In this document: positions 39,021 through 48,374 of the stretch, in pieces
Layout: every line of letters begins with the position of its first letter
Numbering within the stretch: the stretch's first letter is position 1
Source: Planctomycetota bacterium
GTDB taxonomy: Bacteria; Planctomycetota; Phycisphaerae; WQYP01
Direction: 5' to 3'
Assembly (NCBI GenBank): GCA_021852275.1
Contig: JAJZNX010000025.1
Coordinates: 65,705 to 129,704 of the forward strand
Length of the DNA stretch: 64,000 bases
Notes under the pieces: generated by a model
Told to the model about the DNA's origin: nothing
The model's input: only the letters and a program-made list of their open reading frames with translations
Database searches by the model: none
Program-made: the position numbers and the translations under genes

Positions 39021-39512
39021 ATGATAACCATGTCCGATGTTGCGATCGAAAATATTCTCGCCAATTCCCTTATCGGCAGGCTTGGTCTGGCCGATGTAGA
39101 TGGCCAGCCCTATTGCCTGCCGTTTCCTTTCTGCTGGCATCAGGGGGCGATTTACCTGCGTCTGGCGATGACCGGCCGCAAAGGCGATATCCTGAAAAAA
39201 AATAACCGCGTATGTTTTGAAGTGGACTGGTGTGCCGAGCAGATGGCGGACTACGCCTCGATTATTATTGAGGGTCGGCTGATGCCGGTAACTGATCTAT
39301 CGGAAAAAAAAGCGGTTCAGGCCGCCAATGAAGCTAAATATCGGCGGCTGCGACCCAATCATCGACCTGGCCACGGGCGCAACACCGCGCTGGAAGCACT
39401 GGCCATGCACAAAATTACGGTAAGCGTACTATCCGGGCGATGTATGGAGCCGCGAACAACTGGCCAGCAGGAAATAGATACTCAAAGCTGGTTAGCCGCT
39501 GCGCCGCTGTAA
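39021..39512 (+). CDS. pyridoxamine 5'-phosphate oxidase-family FMN-binding protein
   Basis: The N-terminal split-barrel pattern ANSLIGRLGLADVDGQPYCLPFPFCWHQGAIYLR is typical of PNPOx-like proteins. It is divergent from the rSAM pair. Confidence 0.6.
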   Translation: MITMSDVAIENILANSLIGRLGLADVDGQPYCLPFPFCWHQGAIYLRLAMTGRKGDILKKNNRVCFEVDWCAEQMADYASIIIEGRLMPVTDLSEKKAVQAANEAKYRRLRPNHRPGHGRNTALEALAMHKITVSVLSGRCMEPRTTGQQEIDTQSWLAAAPL

Positions 39513-39544
39513 ACGACGCTATTGTCTATCGCTGTCGTCCGCCG

Positions 39545-40171
39545 TTATGGCTTGTCTGAGGCCCACCGGTAACGCTTTAGAAGACTTGAGATTTGCTGCA
39601 GCGACGCCCGGTTGACTGCTAAAGCTTGCACCAGATACGATCTCAATCGGCGATCGGTTGCGTACTTCATCATTGCCATATCCATGGATACCTGCGAAGA
39701 GAAATCGGCATACATCAAGACCAGATACATACGCTGGAATTTTGGCTCGCCGGCGGTGAGCAACAAATGACCTTCTATTCGGGTCTGCACCTGTAGTGCC
39801 GCGCCGCGGACCGATTTTGGATAATGATATTGCAAACTAAAGTGGTGTTTTCGGGCCCAGGTTTGCAACTGTCGCAGCAGCCGACCTTGCTGGCGGTCCA
39901 TTGATGCATTGAATATGGCAACTGGTGCGGAAAGCCCTTTGAAACGGGCCAAAAATGCCAATTGGGTTTTATCACGGTGCGCCTTGGCCAGCCCGGGCAA
40001 AAATCGAGCCAGGACTACCCTATCGGCAGGACTTATGTGCGCTTTGAAGGTGGCCGGAGGCAGCGCCGGCGACTGTGAACAACCAGCCTGAATGGAGAGC
40101 AACGCCAGACCAATAAGAGCCCATGAGGCACGTGGAATTCGCATAACGATCTTTCGTGGGCTGTGGAGCAT
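39545..40171 (-). CDS. putative lipoprotein, function unknown
   Basis: Signal peptide with lipobox LSIQAGC. No recognised catalytic motifs. Confidence 0.45.
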   Translation of the reverse strand: MLHSPRKIVMRIPRASWALIGLALLSIQAGCSQSPALPPATFKAHISPADRVVLARFLPGLAKAHRDKTQLAFLARFKGLSAPVAIFNASMDRQQGRLLRQLQTWARKHHFSLQYHYPKSVRGAALQVQTRIEGHLLLTAGEPKFQRMYLVLMYADFSSQVSMDMAMMKYATDRRLRSYLVQALAVNRASLQQISSLLKRYRWASDKP

Positions 40172-40179
40172 GATGTAGT

Positions 40180-40653
40180 TTACCGTTTGACCGCGGTGTT
40201 ATCCCCGCCCATACGTGCCCCGCGCAGCAAGGCCCCCAGCGTCAATCGGCCCGGACCGGCCACCAATAAACCAAAAATTACCACGCCGAGTTCCAGTGGG
40301 TATTCATAGCCACCCTGATCATGAACACCTGAAAATCCGTGACTATGCATCACCCATACCGCCACGCTCATATTGATACACATAGGAATAGCGACCAGCC
40401 GTGTGCCTGTGCCCAATAACAGCACAATTCCTCCACAAAACTCCGTCAGCGCACTTAGATAAGCACTGACTTTTGGCATGGGTGCACCCACACTGGCAAT
40501 GAAATGCTCAAAACCGACCATGCCCACCCCCCCGAATGCCCCGAAAAGCTTCTGCGATCCGTGATAAATAAATACCCACGCCAACATCAGCCGAATAATC
40601 AGCAGGCCCCAATCCTTGAGTGTTGGTGGATAAATGACTTTCCCTTGATTCAT
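40180..40653 (-). CDS. DoxX-family membrane protein
   Basis: LIIRLMLAWVFIYHGSQKLFG is a DoxX signature. There are 4 TM helices. Confidence 0.7.
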   Translation of the reverse strand: MNQGKVIYPPTLKDWGLLIIRLMLAWVFIYHGSQKLFGAFGGVGMVGFEHFIASVGAPMPKVSAYLSALTEFCGGIVLLLGTGTRLVAIPMCINMSVAVWVMHSHGFSGVHDQGGYEYPLELGVVIFGLLVAGPGRLTLGALLRGARMGGDNTAVKR

Positions 40654-40682
40654 GTCAGGAACTCCGTAAAAACGTACACCGG

Positions 40683-41552
40683 TTACAACAAACCCATTTG
40701 CGAAAGTGCAATGCGAATTACTTCACGATTGCCTCTGGAAGGTTCGCATAGCGGCAGACGCATTTCGCCCGTATCTCTTTCCAGTAGTGCCATGGCAGTT
40801 TTAATCGGAATGGGATTGGTTTCCACAAACATCGCCTTGCACAAACTAAATAGCCGATGATGAAGCCTCCGGGCATGCACCGTATTCCCTTCTAAAGCGG
40901 CATCAACGAGTCTGCGCACCTCACCCGGAATAATGTTTGACACTACGCTGACCACCCCCACAGCACCCACGGCCATCATTGGAAGAGTCAAGGAATCATC
41001 CCCGGAAAGCACCGTCATGCCTGCCGCCACGGCTTCCGTGGTCATATCCAGGTTGCCCGCAGCATCTTTTACCGTGGTGATGTTTGGACAATCGTGTGCC
41101 AATCGGGCCATGGTGGCCACAGTCATGGTAACATTGGTGCGGCCAGGAATGTTGTAAAGTATCACAGGAATGGTCACGGATTTGGCAATAGCTTTGAAGT
41201 GCCGATACAGCCCTTCCTGTGTCGGTTTATTGTAGTAAGGGTTGACCGATAGCACAGCATCGGCACCTGCACTCTGGGCGTGGCGACTTAGGTCCACAGC
41301 TTCGTCTGTGCTGTTGGACCCGGTACCAGCAATGACAATCAAGCCAGCCTTATGGCCAACACGAACCGCAGTTTCGACTACCTGGTGATGTTCCTGATGG
41401 GAAAGCGTCGGGGATTCGCCTGTGGTGCCTACCGCTACAATTCCCTTTACCTTGTGCCGGGCTTGAAAACCTATTTGCTGCGCATAGCGGGCGACATCAA
41501 AGCTTCCTTGATTAAATGGTGTGACCAATGCGGTGAACGTGCCTTTGAACAT
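40683..41552 (-). CDS. dapA: 4-hydroxy-tetrahydrodipicolinate synthase
   Basis: MFKGTFTALVTPF...VAVGTTGESPTLSHQEH. The Lys-containing DapA fold is present. Length 289 aa. Confidence 0.88.
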   Translation of the reverse strand: MFKGTFTALVTPFNQGSFDVARYAQQIGFQARHKVKGIVAVGTTGESPTLSHQEHHQVVETAVRVGHKAGLIVIAGTGSNSTDEAVDLSRHAQSAGADAVLSVNPYYNKPTQEGLYRHFKAIAKSVTIPVILYNIPGRTNVTMTVATMARLAHDCPNITTVKDAAGNLDMTTEAVAAGMTVLSGDDSLTLPMMAVGAVGVVSVVSNIIPGEVRRLVDAALEGNTVHARRLHHRLFSLCKAMFVETNPIPIKTAMALLERDTGEMRLPLCEPSRGNREVIRIALSQMGLL

Positions 41553-41635
41553 TCAAGTATTCTCCTCATCAGCATCGCCCAACCGGACGATGGCATCTTC
41601 AAACATCATAGCCGGGCCACTGCGCACAAGTCTAT

Positions 41636-42364
41636 TCACCCGGCGGACCTGGCAATGGCCAGTTTCATTTCCCGCACTGCAGCACGCAATCCAATAAACA
41701 GCGCCCGGCTGACAATGGCATGACCGATGTGCAATTCATTCACCTGCGGCAAGGCGGCAATTGCGCCTACATTGTGATAGTTGAGACCGTGCCCGGCGTT
41801 AAACTGCATACCCAGATTCAAAATCTCTTCACCGGCAGCGCGCAGTCGTTCGTGCTGTATATGGATCGGACCGTTACCGGTTGCCAACGCATAAGGTCCG
41901 GTATGCAACTCGCACAGGTCAAACCCGGCGGCTTTGGCCGCCCTTACCTGCTGCACATCGGCATCAATAAAAGCACTCACACGAATGCCCGCGCCATGCA
42001 GTTTTTTAACCATTTCGGCCAGCGGCACCTGCTGGCTGCAAACATCCACGCCGCCTTCGGTGGTGATCTCGGTGCGTTTTTCGGGCACCAGTGTCACCAT
42101 GGCCGGTACAGTTTGCAGGGCGATCTCCATGATTTCATGGATGGCGGCCATTTCCAGGTTCAGAGGAACTCCAGTCGTTTGCCGCAGCACCGCCACATCA
42201 CGATCTTGAATATGGCGTCGATCTTCGCGCAGATGCACCGTAATCAGATCGGCCCCGCCAAGTTCCGCCTCCACTGCCGCCCACACCGGATCCGGTTCAT
42301 GGCCCTGCCGAGCCTGGCGCACCGTGGCAACATGATCTATATTGACCCCAAGCTTTACCATCTT
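41636..42364 (-). CDS. pdxJ: pyridoxine 5'-phosphate synthase
   Basis: LGVNIDHVATVRQARQ. Length about 243 aa from the MVKLGVN start. Confidence 0.88.
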   Translation of the reverse strand, partial: KMVKLGVNIDHVATVRQARQGHEPDPVWAAVEAELGGADLITVHLREDRRHIQDRDVAVLRQTTGVPLNLEMAAIHEIMEIALQTVPAMVTLVPEKRTEITTEGGVDVCSQQVPLAEMVKKLHGAGIRVSAFIDADVQQVRAAKAAGFDLCELHTGPYALATGNGPIHIQHERLRAAGEEILNLGMQFNAGHGLNYHNVGAIAALPQVNELHIGHAIVSRALFIGLRAAVREMKLAIARSAG

Positions 42365-42511
42365 TAGTCTCCGCCGATTGTCACATTCACTAAGGCCTGG
42401 CGATTCGCCATATCTGTCGGGCCTTTTATCAACCCCGGCAATTCTACCCTCCCGGAAAAAAATCCACATCTTCCTGAATCCACAGTCCATGAGTGTGGGT
42501 TGCTGGTAGTA

Positions 42512-44410
42512 CTACGATCCAGGTTTGCGGAGTTGGGGCGACCGGTTGGCAATACGCTGCCATACTTGTACGTGCCAGGTGGTGTAAAAATAAAACCACC
42601 ATTGATAGTGCCACTGATAGCTTTTGGCTTCAAGCAGACGCCAGTGCGGTCCAAGAGCCTTGGGAATCGCGATTTGTTCCAAGGGCCGACTGATATCCGG
42701 CGGCATATCCTCAACCGTTACCAACGTACGCACCGATCGATTGGCATTGACCCAGCGCATCAAATGAATCCATGGTAACGGCGCGTCGGGTAGGCGACGA
42801 ATGATGGGAAAGTCCTGCCAGGAATGATCGTAGGGATCGATATGACGAACGCTTTGCCAGTCGAATCTCAGTGTACCGATGCCGTGGGTCCATTGAGGAC
42901 ACGCCAACACCATTTCCTTGGGATGTGTCGGGTTGAAATAACGGAGAGCAACCGTATCAATGGGCTTCCAGATAATTTGACGGTAGAAAAACTGATTGGT
43001 CAGCGCAAACGTCGTACAGACCAGTACCACTGTCACAATAACGGAGTAACGCAGAATTTTAGTCGGCAATTTTGCCAATGCCATGCCCAGCCACAGCACC
43101 CAGGCGATTGCTATAAAACCGAGATAACGTTGATGCCAGATTACGTGATGTGGATAGATGGACCAATACGAATGTGCCGGCAGTGAGCCTAAGGCGAAGA
43201 TGGTCATGGGCAGACCAATCCATAGAGCAAGATGCCACCACCGTCCCACCGGGGGTTGATCCATCGGCGTGCACTGCCGACGGTGTCGCTGTGGAACCAG
43301 ACCCCACATCATGACCAACCCCACCCCGATGGCGATCCAAAACTCTGCCTTGGCCAACCATGGAATGGTCTGCCCGGCCAGGTTTTGCGAGAAATGCGGC
43401 GGCAGCGCAAACCAATGAACCATACGATGAGTAGGCGGATACACCGGCCAGAGAAATCCCAGCAGATGCACACATGGCAAGCCGACAATCGTATGCCAGT
43501 TGATTTCGTTGTAAGACTGCACCCACGGCACCGCATTTCGGACATGATTGATAAGCCAGTGCGTTTGATACAAATACCACCATGTTGGTACAGCCCCCAT
43601 AGCCCCCGCCCCCAAACACCATAGCGGGACATCCCATGGCCGATGCCGTGGTTTACCAATAAGCCACAACAACTCGATCGCCACCATAAACCAGCCCAGG
43701 GTATCGGCGAGAAGCATGGCGGCTCCGGTGCATGCCCATAAGGGATACCAGAGCCATTGCCGGTTCGAATTCTGCCATTGGAAATACAGTGCCACATTTA
43801 ATGTTGTCAGCAGATAAAAGGCCCCATACATTTTTAGATCGCGGCTGTAATAGATCAGAAACGGATTGACGGCCACCAGCAGCATAATCAGCATTGACCG
43901 CCATGACGAGGTGAACTGCCGGGCAAGAAAGTAGGCGCTTGGCACCATAACGGCACCCAGAAACGCCGGCACCAGACGCAGGTAATCCGGGGCAAGTGCG
44001 GTGCCTTTTGGAATATGCAACCAATGCGTGAGCAGCCAGATGTATCCCCAGAGCGCCACATACCAACCTGGGGGGAACCCCTGCCGCATCAGGGCTTGAA
44101 GCACCCAATGGAAGCTGGCATCCACCTTGTTGATGGTGAAGGTTTCATCGCACCAGTAAGACTGATGACTGATGCGCCAGAAGCGTAAAAATGCACCACC
44201 CGCGATGATGGCAAAAAATGCGGACCAAAAAAACATCCGTCTTCGGCCGCTCGATACAACACCGCCGCCCCGGACGGCGATTGCGGAGGGAAGCTTCGCT
44301 GAAGGTAACGGCACATCAATACCGGAATCCGCAGGAGGCGGAACCATGCTACTCACAGCAGTATTGACAAGAATTGGTTGCGAATCCTCGAATTGGCGCG
44401 ATACAGACAT
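42512..44410 (-). CDS. glycosyltransferase family 39 / ArnT-PMT-like integral membrane protein
   Basis: Many TM helices. Trp/Tyr-rich loops. GFPPGWYVALWGYIWLL and YYSRDLKMYGAFYLL motifs are typical of GT39/GT83 proteins. Confidence 0.6.
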   Translation of the reverse strand: MSVSRQFEDSQPILVNTAVSSMVPPPADSGIDVPLPSAKLPSAIAVRGGGVVSSGRRRMFFWSAFFAIIAGGAFLRFWRISHQSYWCDETFTINKVDASFHWVLQALMRQGFPPGWYVALWGYIWLLTHWLHIPKGTALAPDYLRLVPAFLGAVMVPSAYFLARQFTSSWRSMLIMLLVAVNPFLIYYSRDLKMYGAFYLLTTLNVALYFQWQNSNRQWLWYPLWACTGAAMLLADTLGWFMVAIELLWLIGKPRHRPWDVPLWCLGAGAMGAVPTWWYLYQTHWLINHVRNAVPWVQSYNEINWHTIVGLPCVHLLGFLWPVYPPTHRMVHWFALPPHFSQNLAGQTIPWLAKAEFWIAIGVGLVMMWGLVPQRHRRQCTPMDQPPVGRWWHLALWIGLPMTIFALGSLPAHSYWSIYPHHVIWHQRYLGFIAIAWVLWLGMALAKLPTKILRYSVIVTVVLVCTTFALTNQFFYRQIIWKPIDTVALRYFNPTHPKEMVLACPQWTHGIGTLRFDWQSVRHIDPYDHSWQDFPIIRRLPDAPLPWIHLMRWVNANRSVRTLVTVEDMPPDISRPLEQIAIPKALGPHWRLLEAKSYQWHYQWWFYFYTTWHVQVWQRIANRSPQLRKPGS

Positions 44411-44466
44411 ACAGGCAGCTTAACGCTCATACCCGCTGATTGTTGCCTCAAAGCCACTACCGTGAG

Positions 44467-44991
44467 TCATGCGGAATCGCGATCCAGAACAGGGTAATTT
44501 TCGCGCTCACCCAAGCCAGTTACCGGATAATCTTTCCGCAGAGGATGAGATTTGAATCCATCCCAGGTGAGAATACGACGTAAGTCCGGGTGGCCGCGAA
44601 AACGCACGCCAAACATATCAAAAACCTCCCGCTCCATCCATTCGGCTCCAGCATAAAGAGGTACCAGAGAATCAATGGCCAACTGGGCCTCCCCAAGAAA
44701 AACCCGCAGAATCAACCGCGGTTGCCCTGCGGCCACGCTGTTAAACGTATACACCATTCCAAAACGAGCTTTGTCCCAGCCCGGGTAATTGAGGTAATCC
44801 ACGCAAGTTACGTCGCAAAGCATATCATAGCCAAGCGTAGAATCATCGCGTAAAAATGTAACCACTTGCGTCAAATTCTCGCCCGGCACTTCAATTTGAG
44901 TTTGGCCGCGAAAAGATGCGACTTTCAAATGTAAATGGCCAAAACGCTCTTTAAGCTTGACGGCGGCTGGGTGATCTATGGTCATGGACAT
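44467..44991 (-). CDS. nuoC: NADH-quinone oxidoreductase subunit C-like (complex I 30-kDa domain), solitary
   Basis: EWMEREVFDMFGVRFRGHPDLRRILT...HPLRKDYP is canonical NuoC. No other nuo genes flank it. Confidence 0.75.
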   Translation of the reverse strand: MSMTIDHPAAVKLKERFGHLHLKVASFRGQTQIEVPGENLTQVVTFLRDDSTLGYDMLCDVTCVDYLNYPGWDKARFGMVYTFNSVAAGQPRLILRVFLGEAQLAIDSLVPLYAGAEWMEREVFDMFGVRFRGHPDLRRILTWDGFKSHPLRKDYPVTGLGERENYPVLDRDSA

Positions 44992-45088
44992 CTCGCAAAA
45001 ACACGGTACCTTTACTACCTGCAGGAAAATTATACGGCTCATACCGAAATCTGACCAGTGAAGGTTCCTGCGATAAGGATAAACCGAC

Positions 45089-45775
45089 ATGCAAATACTG
45101 CTGGCAACACTCAATGCGGGAAAGTTGCGCGAAATTGAACATGAAATGCACAAGGCTAACCTGCCCGATATAAAGATACGGACGCTGGCAATTTTGCCCG
45201 CCCCACAGAATGTGACGGAAGACCGCCCCACTTTTCTCGGCAATGCCGTCAAAAAAGCCCGTGACTACGCCAACCAAAGCGGCATGTTAACACTGGCCGA
45301 TGATTCCGGATTGCGTGTGGATGCCCTGGCTGGTGAGCCGGGAGTTCTAAGTGCCCGTTACGCCGGCGAACCCTGCAACGACACCGCCAATAACGCCAAA
45401 TTGCTGCAAGCCCTTGCGGGCGTGCCAGTTGCGAAACGCACCGCCAAATTTGTCTGTGCCATGGCTTTAGCCGCCCCCACTGCTACCATTGCGGTGGCAC
45501 AAGCATGGGTGGAAGGCCTCATTTTATCAGAGCCGCGCGGGGCCAACGGTTTTGGTTACGACCCGCTTTTCCTTATTCCCACGCTGGGACAAACTACGGC
45601 GGAATTGCCTTTGGACCAGAAATCTGCCTTGAGTCATCGCGGCCAGGCTATCCGGAAAATGATCGCACTGTTACAAACCGTGATCCTGCCGGGAACAAAG
45701 GCTCAGCGCAGCCCCTGCTGCGAAGTCTTGCAAAGCCTCGCCGGGACCAACGTAATTGAAGGAAGTGCCCATTAA
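45089..45775 (+). CDS. rdgB: non-canonical purine NTP pyrophosphatase (RdgB/HAM1)
   Basis: MQILLATLNAGKLREI...TLADDSGLRVDALAGEPGVLSARYAG. Confidence 0.85.
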   Translation: MQILLATLNAGKLREIEHEMHKANLPDIKIRTLAILPAPQNVTEDRPTFLGNAVKKARDYANQSGMLTLADDSGLRVDALAGEPGVLSARYAGEPCNDTANNAKLLQALAGVPVAKRTAKFVCAMALAAPTATIAVAQAWVEGLILSEPRGANGFGYDPLFLIPTLGQTTAELPLDQKSALSHRGQAIRKMIALLQTVILPGTKAQRSPCCEVLQSLAGTNVIEGSAH

Positions 45776-46848
45776 AATTTCAGCGTCAGCGCAGCGACAA
45801 ATCGCGTGTCGTTGCGTTTCTTTCCAGTAGTTCCGGCGGTATTGTCATAGAAATCATCAAATTCCAGACGCAGACCGAGTCCACGATACACCTGCGGCAA
45901 CGCAATGTTAAGAGCCGTAATGCTGGTGGCGTAGTAATCGTAGGCTGTTTTCAGGCCCTGCGTGTATAGTTCATGATTGGTGATATTGACCTGGGAATCC
46001 AGTACGTACTTCATACGCAAACCGGCCGAGGCGGTTTCCGAAGACACACTGCCGCCATGAAAAAAGGTTTCGTATAAATAACCGGGACCAGCACGGACAT
46101 CCATCTCGAATTTCGGCCCGGTGAATACTTTATAGCCCAAACCGCCAAGATCATTGGTCTGGAATGAAAGGCCGCGGATGGCGTCGTAAAGCTCGTGTGT
46201 TTCACCAAATGCGTACCAGCGATTGTGCGGCGGCCACTGGGGCAGGAGGCGGCGATAGATACAGTCAAATCCGAGACGTCCTGCATCCTGTACACCGTTG
46301 GTGGTCCCATAAGCGCCATTCACGTCCAGATTTAATTCATTGGGTTGATTGAGATAATGGAACCGCACCGCACCGCTAAATTCAGTCTGCTGGGTATTAC
46401 CGGTGATGTTGGTGGCCCCCAAATCAAGTTCATTATTCCAATGTGGACCAAAGATAGACTGCGGTTTGGCGGGTACTGCCGCCGCCGCCAGGGCAACCGG
46501 AGTCGGCAAATCAGCCGCAATCAACGGTTCTTTATGCGTTTCTCTCCATCCCGTGCGTTTGGCGTCAGGCTCTACGTACGCGGTATGAATCTGCCCATGC
46601 CGGTCAATAAATTTGACCGGCTGGCGACTGACCATGGTCTTAATGGCCGCCAGTTTCACATGCAGCGTGCCGGCAAACTGTGTTTTGATTGACAGTGTGG
46701 AGTCAGTAATTTTCATGATCTGGCCGGAAATGCGATCTCCGGATTTCATCCAGAGAGTATCCGCTCCGGCGGAATTGCTCATACACAGCCCCAACATTAC
46801 TGCGGCCATAATGATGCCACCGATTGGATAATGTACTTTGAATTTCAT
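45772..46848 (-). CDS. DUF481/YdiY-like outer-membrane beta-barrel protein
   Basis: Signal peptide. N-terminal LWMKSGDRISGQI motif. Alternating beta-strand pattern. C-terminal aromatic residue (…TLKF). Confidence 0.55.
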   Translation of the reverse strand: MKFKVHYPIGGIIMAAVMLGLCMSNSAGADTLWMKSGDRISGQIMKITDSTLSIKTQFAGTLHVKLAAIKTMVSRQPVKFIDRHGQIHTAYVEPDAKRTGWRETHKEPLIAADLPTPVALAAAAVPAKPQSIFGPHWNNELDLGATNITGNTQQTEFSGAVRFHYLNQPNELNLDVNGAYGTTNGVQDAGRLGFDCIYRRLLPQWPPHNRWYAFGETHELYDAIRGLSFQTNDLGGLGYKVFTGPKFEMDVRAGPGYLYETFFHGGSVSSETASAGLRMKYVLDSQVNITNHELYTQGLKTAYDYYATSITALNIALPQVYRGLGLRLEFDDFYDNTAGTTGKKRNDTRFVAALTLKF

Positions 46849-47006
46849 GGACGACCGCTCCTTGTGTTATAGCCGGTTAAGCCGATCCGGCGAAGTCTTG
46901 GAGCCATACCACCAACAGCCCCATGCACACATGTTAACGAAATAATAATATGACCTTTGATTATGTCAATGTGGCTAATATCGGCCCATCGACCCGATCT
47001 GGTCTA

Positions 47007-48149
47007 TCATGCTTTGCCTGCGGATAACTCCTGCGGTAAAAACGGGCTGATATCATATTTGCTGCGGCCTTGGGTCACCAGATCGGCAATAATTTCTCCG
47101 GTCAGCGGTGCCATACCGATGCCGATTTTGAAATGGCCACCGGCCACCACCAAGCCCTGCACGTGTTTCAACTCCCCAATAATTGGCCGACCATGCGGTC
47201 CGGAAGGCCGCAGTCCCGACCAGATTTTTTCCAGCCTGGCTGTGGCCAGCACCGGACAAGTTGCCACCGCTCCGTTCAACAAAAAGTTCACACCTTCGGC
47301 GGTATTGATATTGTTAAATCCAGCTTGTCGTTCCGTAGTGGAGCCTACCAGAATGCGTCCATCGGGCCATGGTACAAGAAAAATCTTGCCATTCTTAATG
47401 ATCCGAAAAATCACTTGCCGCCCTGAATGCAGCAACAGTGCCTGTCCACGTACCGGATGAATGGGTACAGCCGCGGCAACATCAGTAAATTGCCCTGTCC
47501 ACACACCTGTAGTCAAAACGCCCTTGTCCGCCGCAATATTGTTCGTCAAGGTGTGCACCCCGCGAAAGGTACTCTCCGAAATATCCAGCTTTACGACCCG
47601 TGTATTTTCCAGAATTTGTACACCCGACTGCCGGCACGCCGCCTGCAAAGCTGCCAGCAAACTTTCCACCCCCACCTGGGCCGAAAGCTTGCACCATAAG
47701 GCTCCCTCCGGCCAGGGCATCACTTCCGGTTCCTCTCGGTGCAACTCATCACCGGAAAGCAATTGCATAACTGGTGATGGCACCAGGGACGGCCAATTGG
47801 CCTGGGCCGCCGCAACTTCTTTTACGGCATCCGCCCGGGCCTTGACCCCGGATAACAGTTCAACTCGACCCTGACGCAAAAACTCCACAACCATACCGGA
47901 CGCCTGCCGCAATTCCCGGGCAAAGGTGTCGAATCCCCACAAACTCTGTCGATGCAGCGACTGCAGCGGCCCGGTATGGATGGGTGACGGCGGCCACAAC
48001 GCACCCAATGCGGCTCGAGTAGCTCCGGAGCCGCATTGATCCGCCTCTACCAGCGTTACCTTCAAGCCGCGCTGCGCGATGCGCCAGGCACTGGTTAATC
48101 CCATAACCCCGCCACCAACCACCACCACATCTGTTGTCATAGTCCCCAA
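47007..48149 (-). CDS. FAD-dependent oxidoreductase (glycine oxidase ThiO / DAO family)
   Basis: N-terminal DVVVVGGGVMGLTSAWRIAQRGLKVTLVEA (FAD-binding Rossmann). Length 380 aa. Confidence 0.75.
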   Translation of the reverse strand: MGTMTTDVVVVGGGVMGLTSAWRIAQRGLKVTLVEADQCGSGATRAALGALWPPSPIHTGPLQSLHRQSLWGFDTFARELRQASGMVVEFLRQGRVELLSGVKARADAVKEVAAAQANWPSLVPSPVMQLLSGDELHREEPEVMPWPEGALWCKLSAQVGVESLLAALQAACRQSGVQILENTRVVKLDISESTFRGVHTLTNNIAADKGVLTTGVWTGQFTDVAAAVPIHPVRGQALLLHSGRQVIFRIIKNGKIFLVPWPDGRILVGSTTERQAGFNNINTAEGVNFLLNGAVATCPVLATARLEKIWSGLRPSGPHGRPIIGELKHVQGLVVAGGHFKIGIGMAPLTGEIIADLVTQGRSKYDISPFLPQELSAGKA

Positions 48150-48374
48150 CTTTCAGTCATCCATGGCCTGAAATCAGCTCTGCCACAGGCTCACTTGCAG
48201 GCTATTTCCGTTCCTTCCAGTGAACATGGAGCAATGGAGCACTTGCCATAATCCATGAGCCTGCGATAAGATTAGCCGAGAATTCTGGCGTAAACAAATC
48301 GACCGGCTGATTTGATACGAAATCGCGGCTTGGCAGCGACAATATCTGGCGGATTATACTGGTGAAGGAAAACT

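Noticed and set aside
41720-42367. 215-aa + strand ORF
   Set aside because: It is antisense to pdxJ.
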